Of a DNA stretch of 64,000 nt, positions 54,654 to 64,000 are shown one piece after another. Location: positions 28,768,001 to 28,832,000 of the forward strand of contig OX597824.1 in the NCBI GenBank assembly GCA_951406725.2, in the 5' to 3' direction. The notes beneath the pieces were generated by a model. It did no database searches and was not told the DNA's origin. It was given only the letters and a program-made list of their open reading frames with translations. The position numbers were made by a program, and so were the translations under genes. Source of the stretch: Octopus vulgaris (Eukaryota). The number at the start of each line of letters is the position of its first letter. Within the stretch, counting starts at the first letter, position 1.

Positions 54654-54655
<2 letters not shown>
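54451..54655 (+). mobile_element. PLE-type tail P1 with HHR-like motif (54526-54561)
   Basis: CTTT-CTGTTGA-A-GAGC gtag GTCC-GAAA-CG-TA-AAAG; flanked by (TA)n on both sides. Confidence 0.7.
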
Positions 54656-54685
<30 letters not shown>

Positions 54686-55446
54686 CGTATATGTATATGT
54701 ACATATATACTTATTGGCAGACAGACAGACATATCTAACGGGAATCTATTCTGTGTAACTGAACATGAAACCACGTAGTTGCAAAGGATTAAAGAAAATG
54801 TATATTATAACCTTCGGAAGTGATAAGAATGATCCAGAATCTTTTCTTACTTTGAAGAATCCAGGTCAAATGTTATATTGATCGACCTTTACCGTGATTC
54901 CCTGGAGATGGGCGTCCAGAACTTGACTAACATCCTCGACCAAACATCGTGTTTGGTTGTCTTTTAGTGTTCATCTTTTTATTCTACGGTTTGACCATGA
55001 TCAAATCTTAATTCGCTTCGTCGCCTTCAAGATTATTTAAGTAATTGCCGTATTATACGACGGCAACCTAATGATTCCGTGAGAGAAACTTATTGTGAAT
55101 ACAAATACAACACCGATTTTTCCGGAAAATGAGGGTCAGAAACCTGTTAAAGTCTGATCTAATTTACGAGCAAAAACTTAAGATTCTCGCAGTCGCCCAA
55201 CTAGTTTACTGGTATTTTACACAGACGACTTCCTTGCTCATTGCATTATTAATAAAATTGTATTATATACTTTAATGTGCAAGTACCTGGATTTCATTTA
55301 ATTACCTGAAGAAATTTAGTATTTGTTTAAATTAGAAGTGATAACCCTTGGTTTCGGAAGACTCACTCTTTGTGACCAAAACATTTTGGAACGAAAGGCT
55401 CCGGATGATAGATGTTGTACATGTATGTTCTGTATGTGTTCTATGG

Positions 55447-55827
55447 AAGCACTCCGTCGGTTACGACGACGAGGGTTCCGGTTGATCCGAATCAACGGAA
55501 CAGCCTGCTCGTGAAATTAACGTGTAAGTGGCTGAGCACTCCACAGACACGTGTACCCTTAACGTAGTTCTCGGGGATATTCAGCGTGACACAGAGAGTG
55601 ACAAGGCCGGCCCCTTGAAATACAGGTACAACAGAAACAGGAAGTAAGAGTGAGAGAAAGTTGTGGTGAAAGAGTACAGCAGGGATCACCACCATCCCCT
55701 GCCGGAGCCTCGTGGAGCTTTAGGTGTTTTCGCTCAATAAACACTCACAACGCCCGGTCTGGGAATCGAAACTGCGATCCTATGACCGCGAGTCCGCTGC
55801 CCTAACCACAGGGCCATTGCGCCTCCA
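55447..55827 (-). mobile_element. SINE with C head and alternative tail 2, full length
   Basis: Head same as family C; tail ...CGTCGTAACCGACGGAGTGC; flanking ATGTGTTCTAT at 55434-55444 and 55829-55839. Confidence 0.92.
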
Positions 55828-55861
55828 CATGTGTTCTATATACCAACCATGCCTAGAGTCT

Positions 55862-56188
55862 GGTGGCGAGCTGGCAGAAACGTTAGCGCGCCGGGCGAAA
55901 TGCTTAGCGATATTTCGTCTGTCGTTATGTTCTGAGTAATCTCGATAGGACTACCTCAAATTATACAATCCCAGTTCTTACAACATGGATCGTGCTGACA
56001 AAATGTTTTTGTATTTACCTGACCATCGATAGGTTATGTTCTGAGTTCAAATTCCGCCGAGGTCGACTTTGCCTTTCCATCCTTTCGGGGTCGATAAATA
56101 AAGTACCAGTTTCGCACTGGGATCGATGTAATCGACTTAATCCCTTTGTCTGTCCTTGTTTGTCCCCTTTGTGGGCAGTAAAGAAATA
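55862..56188 (+). mobile_element. SINE family B with 25-bp TSD and internal insertion
   Basis: TATATACCAACCATGCCTAG(A/T)GTCT at 55837-55861 and 56189-56213. Confidence 0.92.
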
Positions 56189-56585
56189 TATATACCAACC
56201 ATGCCTAGTGTCTCCTCTACGTACAAGCCATCTTATGCTTTATTGTCGATCTCGGAAGATCTCGGGGGAAAAAAAGGCGTGAAACAGACGAGGTATATCT
56301 TAAATACGATTTCGAATGCAAATTTGAAAATGTGAGACGCTATAAGAAACAACAGAAGCTCTTGCAGTTATGCATTCCTACTGACAGCCATGCTCTGCGC
56401 CAGACTGCATAACTATGCAAGCAAAGGTCATCACGATCTGCGAAAAAAAGCTAAAGGTCAAATCCACAGCACATTTTGTTTTTGTTATACACGTAAGCTT
56501 CAGTATAGCACAACAAAATTTGTATGCAAAGGTTTAAGTATATGTCTATGCGCGTACACGTGCATTTCCCCGCGCATGTGTTCAA

Positions 56586-56617
<32 letters not shown>

Positions 56618-56683
56618 GTATTGATTTGATACGTCAATATTTCTGTGGACGTATATTTGTATATGCGTGTATGAGTGAGTGAT

Positions 56684-56997
56684 GTCGCGTGACTTAGTGG
56701 TTAGTATATGCTGCTCACGATCGTAAGGTTACAAGTTCGATTCGCGGCGATGTCTTTGGGCAAGATACTTTATTTCACATTCTTCCACTCCACACAGCTA
56801 CCAAAAATGAGCTGTGCCCGTAATTTGAAGAGCCATCTACGTCACGTTCTGTGTCACGCTGAATGTCCCTGAGATCTACGTTCAGGGTTACGCGTGTCTA
56901 TGGAGTACTCAGCCATATACACTTTAATTTCACGAGATGGCTGTTCCGTTGATCGGATCAATGGAAACACTCGTCGTCGTATCCGACGGAGCACCAC
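56684..56997 (+). mobile_element. SINE with D-type head and tail 2
   Basis: TGACTTAGTGGTTAG, GTTCGATTC, GGGCAAGATACTTTATTTCAC, then TGTGTCACGCTGAAT...CCGACGGAGCACC. Confidence 0.8.
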
Positions 56998-57106
56998 TAT
57001 ATGTGTGCGTGTGTGTCTGCATGTGTCTGTGTGTGTGCATGTATATTTGTGTTTCGGCATATGTATGTGTATTTACTGACGTTTATGCGTGCGCGAAGGC
57101 TCGTGT

Positions 57107-57146
<40 letters not shown>

Positions 57147-57199
57147 GGTTTGTGATTGTGTGTGTATATGTATTTATGTGCATGTGTAACTTTGCATAT

Positions 57200-58090
57200 A
57201 TATGTGCGTGTGTAGGTGCGTATATGCATGTCTGTATGTGATAGAGTGTATGTATATATATCGATATATATTTATGAATTCTTGCAATTGTATATGTATG
57301 CATGTGTATGTTTGTAAGTGTGTGTGTGTGTGTGTGTATGTGTGTGCACGTGTGTGTATGCGTGTATGTGTGCGCGTGTGTATGCGCGCGCGTGTGTATG
57401 CGCGTGTGTGTGCATGTATGCATGTTTGTATGTGATAGAGTGTATGTATATATCCATATATATCTATATATTCCTGACCTTGTATATGTATACATGTGTA
57501 CGCTTGCAAGTATGTGTGTGTTTGTGTGTGTGTGCGTGTGTGCATGGATGTTTGTATGTGATAGAGTGTATGTATATATGCATATATATATATATATAGG
57601 CATATGCATTTATATATTCCTGTGCTTGTATATGTATGAATGTGTATGTTTGTAAGTATGTGTGTGTGACGCATGCGTGTGTGTATAGATGTGTGTGCGC
57701 ATGTGCGTGTGTGCATGTGTGTATATGAATACTTCTATGTAATAGAGTGTGTGTGTACATCCATATATATTTATATATTTCTGTGCTTGTATATGTATGC
57801 ATGTGTGTGTTTGTAAGTGTGTGTATGTGACTCGTGCGTGTGTGTGTGCATGCGTGTGTGTGCATGCGTGTGTGTGCGCGCGCGTGAGTGTATGCGTGTG
57901 TGTGCGTGTGTGGGTGTGTGTGCGTGTGTGTATGGATGTTTCTATGTGATAGAGTGTATGTATATATGCATATATATTATATATATATGTGCTTGTATAT
58001 CTATGCATGTGTATGTTTGTAAGTTTGTGTGTGCGCACGCACGAGTGTGTGTGTGTGGATGTTTGTATGTAATAGAGTCTATGTATACAC
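57200..58090. repeat. Higher-order minisatellite built from microsatellite-like blocks (~6 units of 120-210 bp)
   Basis: Anchor TATGT(G/A)ATAGAGT recurs near 57235, 57429, 57555, 57736, 57943 and 58066. Confidence 0.8.
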
Positions 58091-58094
58091 TGTT

Positions 58095-58286
58095 TACTCT
58101 TTTACTTGTTTAGCATTTGACTGCGGCCATGCTTGTGCATCGCCTTTAGTCGAGGAAATCGACCCCAGCACTTATTCTTTGCAAGCCTAGTACTTATTAT
58201 ATCGCTTTCTTTTGCCGAACCGCTAAGTTTCGGGGACGTAAACACACCGGTGGGGGGGGGGGAAACACAGACACACAAACACACAC

Positions 58287-58323
<37 letters not shown>

Positions 58324-58489
58324 TACGATGGGCTTCCTTCAGTTTCCGTCTACCAAATCCACTCACAAGGCTTTGGTCGGCCCAAGCCTATAGTAGAAGA
58401 CACTTGCCCAAGTTGCCACGCAGTGGGACTGAAACCGGAACCATGTCGTTGATAAGCAAGCTACTTACCACACAGCCACTCCGGCACCT
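58095..58489 (-). mobile_element. SINE family A, full length
   Basis: Reverse complement of 53493-53900. Confidence 0.93.
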
Positions 58490-58521
58490 ATATACATATA
58501 TATACATACATATATACATAC

Positions 58522-58564
<43 letters not shown>

Positions 58565-58573
58565 TTTAAATTA

Positions 58574-58611
<38 letters not shown>

Positions 58612-58944
58612 TTATATATATCCATATATATTTATATATTCCTGCACTTGTATATGTATGCACGTGTATTTTTTTGCGTGTGCGTGTGTGCGTGTGCATG
58701 CGTCTATATGCTTTTAAATGCGTGTGTGAATGTATTTGTGAGTCAATGGCAATGAATGTTTGCATGTTCGTGCTTTTGTGTATGTGTTTGCATGTATACT
58801 AGTGTACGTACAGTTGCGTGTGTTACTGCGTTCGTTTCTATGTGTCCATATATGTGAATGTTTGTGTATGCGACTGAGTGTGTTTATGCCCTCAATATGT
58901 GCATGTGTATGTGCATGTGTATTTACGTGAGTGCGTGTGTACCT

Positions 58945-59171
58945 ATTTCTTTACTACCCACAAGGGGCTAAACACAGAGGGGACAAACAAGGACAGACAA
59001 ACGGATTAAGTCGATTATATCGGCCCCAGTGCGTAACTGGTACTTATTTAATCGACCCCGAAAGGATGAAAGGCAAAGTCGACCTCCGCGGAATTTGAAC
59101 TCAGAATGTAATGGCAGACGAAATACCGCTGAGCACTTCACCCGGCGCGCTAACGTTTCTGCCAGCTCGCC
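58945..59171 (-). mobile_element. SINE family B, full length with 15-bp TSD
   Basis: AGTGCGTGTGTACCT at 58930-58944 and 59172-59186. Confidence 0.93.
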
Positions 59172-60174
59172 AGTGCGTGTGTACCTGCTTGTGTGTGTGT
59201 GTTGGTAAGTCTGTATGTACGTCTGCATGTATTTGCGTTCCTTAATGCATGTGTGTGCGCGTGCGTGTGTATGTGTGTGTCTGTGTATGTGTGTATGTAT
59301 GTGTTTGGATCTGTTTCTCTGTGTGTGTGTGTGTGTGTATGGATGAGTGTATCGGTTTCTTTGTGTATATATGTGAGAGTATGTGTGTGTGCATGTATAT
59401 GTGTATGTGTCTGTGTATGTGTGTGTATTTGTTTGTATTTGTTTGTATCTGTTTCTATGTGTGTATGTGTGAGTGTAACTGTTTGTCTGTATATCTGTGA
59501 GTGTGTGAGTGTATGTAAGTATGAGCATGTATGTGTGTTTGTGTGTGTCTGTGTATATGTGTATGTATGTGTTTGGATCTATTTGTCTGTGTGTGTGTGT
59601 GTGTATGGATGAGTGTATGTTTCTGTGTGTGTGTGTGTGTATGGATGAGTATATTTGTCTGTGTATGAGTATGAGAGTATGTGTGTATGCATGTATATGC
59701 GTGTGTGTCTGTGTATGTATGTGTAGTTCTTTGTATCTGTTTGTCTGTGAGTGTGTGTATGTGTGTTGTATCTGTTTGTCTGTGTGCCTGTGAGTGTGTG
59801 AGTGTATGTATGTGTGAGCATGTATATGTGCGTGTGTGTCTGTGTATGTGGGTATGTATGTGTTTTTTTCTCTTTGTCTGTGTGTGTATGGGTGGGTGTA
59901 TCTGTTTGTCTCTGTGTGTGAGTGTATGTGTGTGTGCGATTGATTGTGCTAGTGTCCACGCTATTTGTGCATGTGTGAATATGTGCATGTCAATGTCTCT
60001 GTGCTTATGTATGTATAAATATAGGCAAATGTACCTGTATGTATGTGTATCTATTTCTCTCCTCTTTGCGCACGTTTGTACTTGCGCGTGCGCGTGTGTT
60101 TGTATTTGTGGGTATATATATATGTATGTGTGTGTGTTTGTGCGTGTGTATGTATATATATTCATATGTAGAGA

Positions 60175-60341
60175 CAGGAGTGGCTGTGTGGCAAGAAGCT
60201 TGCTTCCCAACCACATGGTTCCGGGTTCAGTCCTACTGAGTAGCACATTGGGCAAGTGTCTTCTATTGTAGCCTCGGGCCGACTAAAGCCCTTTGACGGG
60301 ATTTGGTAGACGGAAACTATATATATGTATATATTTATATA

Positions 60342-60416
<75 letters not shown>

Positions 60417-60464
60417 ATATATATACATGTATACATATATATACATATCTATATACATGTATAC

Positions 60465-60520
<56 letters not shown>

Positions 60521-60735
60521 ATACAGATATATGTATATATATATGCATGTATTTATATATATATATATATATATAGTATCCCCGCCCACCGTTGGACAAC
60601 CGATGTAGGTGTGTTTACGTCTCCGTAGATTAGTAGTCCGTTAAAAGATAACCGGTAGATTAAGTGCCAGACTTGAATAACAAAAATAAGTATTGGAGTC
60701 GATTCATTCGACTAAAAAATTTTCAAGGCTGTCCC
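60175..60735 (+). mobile_element. SINE family A with ~260-bp internal (TA)-rich expansion
   Basis: 5' half 60175-60318, 3' half 60580-60735. Confidence 0.88.
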
Positions 60736-60737
60736 AC

Positions 60738-60978
60738 GAGGGTCCGGCGAATCCTGCTGTACTATTTCAGCACAACTTTCTCTCACTCTTTCTTCCTGTT
60801 TCTGTTGTACCTGTATTTCAAAGGGCCGGCCTTGTCACACTCTGTGTCACGCTGAATCTTCCCGAGAACTACGTTAAGGGTAGACGTGTCAGTGGAATGC
60901 TCAGCCATTTGCACGTAAATTTCACGAGCGTTGATCGGATCAACGGAAACACTCGTCGTAACCGACGGAGTGCCACGA
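60738..60978 (+). mobile_element. SINE C/tail 2, 5'-truncated
   Basis: Reverse complement of 55447-55700. Confidence 0.88.
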
Positions 60979-61370
60979 CATAAGCGCATACGCACACCTA
61001 CGCACACATACAAACATACAAATTCAAACACACACACATACACGCACACCCGTACATGCGCGGGTAAGAGACAATTTCTTCCTTCTTCTACTTTAAAAAA
61101 TTACTACTGAAATAATTCCTGCCTTTTATCAGTTCCATACTTTCTACAGATTGATAGACAAGCAATGTTACACGTAGTTTGAGAACTATTTCTCTTGACT
61201 CAACTATAAAACGTGTACATACATATATTGGCGGGTATGTGTTTGCGTATGTGAGCGTATGTGTGTATGTGTGTAATTATATAAATATATATATATATGC
61301 ATATGTATATATATCTACATACCTACAAACACACGAACACACAAACATACATGCATACTTACATACATAC

Positions 61371-61409
<39 letters not shown>

Positions 61410-61461
61410 AATATATATATATACATGCATATATATATACATACATGCATACATACATACA

Positions 61462-61495
<34 letters not shown>

Positions 61496-61665
61496 CATAC
61501 ATACAAACATAATTTGTCTGACTAACCATCTACCTATCAATTTCTCACTCTCTCTCTCTCTCTCTCTCTCAACATATCTAACTATCTATATACATGTATA
61601 CGTGTGTGTGTGGGCATATATATATGTGTGTCTGTGTCTGTGTGTATGTTTCTGTGTCTCTCTGT

Positions 61666-61992
61666 ATTCAGTCCCACCGCAAGGCAGCTTGGACAAGTCT
61701 CTTCAACTATATCTTCGGACCGACCAAATCCTTGTGAGTGGATTTGGTAGACGGAAACTAAAAGAAGCCTACGTGTGTGTTGTGTGTGTGTGGTGGGGGG
61801 GTATATGGATGGATGGATGGATGGATGGATGGATTTGTGTTTTCCCGTCACCGTAAATTAACCGTTCATAGAAAAAAAAACCCTCGATAGAGTAATGCTA
61901 AGTCTACAAAGAATAAGTCCTTGGGTCCAGTGGTTCGACTAAAGGCGTTGCTACAGCAGGGCCACAGTGAAATGACTGAAACAAATAAAGGA
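61666..61992 (+). mobile_element. SINE family A, diverged, 5'-truncated
   Basis: TTCAGTCCCACCGC...GGATTTGGTAGACGGAAACT...AATGACTGAAACAAATAAA. Confidence 0.82.
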
Positions 61993-62022
61993 ATATATAT
62001 ATATACGAATACATCTGTATGA

Positions 62023-62067
<45 letters not shown>

Positions 62068-62302
62068 CGTTTCTCACGCATCATAAGCACGTGGGTATAT
62101 AATCATGCATTGAACAAAAATATAGATTTATCTTTATAGACTCCTGATTACCTGATTTCGAATCATACGCATTAATACCTTCATAAGCACACACTCATAT
62201 GCATTCATGAATATTTACATACCTACACACACACACACATACACAGGTAAGTACACACTATGTAAATATATGCATATATATATATACATATAAATATATA
62301 CT

Positions 62303-62334
<32 letters not shown>

Positions 62335-62426
62335 TATACATATATACATATATACATATATACACACATATATATATGGATACATATATATTTGTACATA
62401 TATACAAAAATATGAATATTAATGTA

Positions 62427-62520
<94 letters not shown>

Positions 62521-62533
62521 TATATTTATATAT

Positions 62534-62590
<57 letters not shown>

Positions 62591-63332
62591 CATACATACA
62601 TATATATAATGACTTTTCGTATATACATGCAATATCATGCAAACGCATATTTATAGATTAAACAACGGATTCTTTTGAACAATTCATTTCGTGACTTCCT
62701 TTATTAATATCAGATCCTCGGGAGTTTTCATGTGTTTCAGACATCGTTTTTTGCTACCCTTCTTCCGCCATGTCATTCCCCTTTTACTAACGTATTAAAC
62801 TTAGACATTTTTTTTTTTTACCATAAAATCTCATTCACCAGCATTATTTTACAAGAATCACAGAATCTAGTACAGTTTTTCATTATATTTTTATATTCAT
62901 TATTTCTATATTATTTTTATTATTTTTCAAATTGAATTTATTTATTTGCATGTTTATTTCTTTATTTCTTTATTTATTATCGATATTGGTATTTCTCTTC
63001 GTTTTCTTGTTTTTGTTTTTTGGGGTTTTTTTTTTTTTTTTGGTGAATTCGCTTCTGTTTAATTCTGTTTTTTTATAAATTAAAGACTCATTGAATAGAT
63101 CCAGAATTATTAATAACAACAGTAACTGTGATTGTGACGTATTTAGGTGTGGGAGTCTGTGTGTGTGTGTGTGTGTGTGTGTTTGTGTGTATATGTGTGT
63201 ATTTGTGTGCGTGCGCGTGTGTACGGAAATAATATATATGCGTATGCATATAACCATATCTATAGATGCCATTGTATAAGGGTTACAGTAAATGTCTCAC
63301 TCTCTCTTTCTCTATCTCTCCCTCTCTCTATT

Positions 63333-63371
<39 letters not shown>

Positions 63372-63402
63372 ACATACATACATATAGATAGATATATGGT
63401 TG

Positions 63403-63456
<54 letters not shown>

Positions 63457-63648
63457 CATATAATATATGTGTGCATATATGTAAGTAAATCTATATTCAT
63501 ATATGAATATATGTATGTATATATGTATGCATGTATGCATGTATGTATGTATGTATGTATGAATATATATATATATTCATATATGAATATAGATGTACAT
63601 ACATATATTTTATATATATACATATTTATATTACATGTATATATATGC

Positions 63649-63685
<37 letters not shown>

Positions 63686-64000
63686 GTATATATATATAGG
63701 TATGTATGTGTATGTCTATACATATGTGTGATAAATTAATATATATAAACATTTTCATACATGTATATATATATATAAAAAAACATACTTGTATATATAT
63801 ATATATATATATATATATGGATATAATATAATATATGTGTGTATGTATTACACATACATGTATGTTTATGGATGTGTTTATATTCATATTATATTCATAT
63901 GTAGATATGTGTGTATACATACGCACGTTTGAGTGTTCAGTTTTTATTATCTTTCTGATAGTATACCAGAATGCAAGTAAATATAGGCGTGCTTATTGTA

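Overview
Non-genic-looking, very AT-rich animal DNA dominated by microsatellites ((TA)n, (CA)n, (GATA)n, (TAA)n, (CAT)n). The SINE repertoire and repeat density point to an octopus (coleoid cephalopod) genome; this is inference, not a database result. I found no credible host exon, and almost the whole ORF track is microsatellite artefact. Recognisable content: about 30 tRNA-derived SINE copies from several modular families; decayed LINE fragments (CR1-like, RTE-like, R4/Dong-like); decayed DNA transposon pieces (Tc1/mariner, Phantom-type MULE, a hAT-type MITE); one decayed Penelope-like element (PLE) with RT and GIY-YIG domains; and a separate PLE 3' end. The most interesting signal is a dense set of short (about 100-400 bp) non-coding islands between (TA)n tracts. 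These carry minimal type I hammerhead ribozyme (HHR) motifs and/or fold back on themselves. One family has a compensatory A3-U8 core plus stem I covariation. In three cases a copy or inverted arm starts within 2 nt of the predicted self-cleavage site. One HHR-bearing tail appears joined to a tRNA/Pol III head. All structures were read by eye and most HHR copies carry core mutations. SINE family labels A-D are my own working names.
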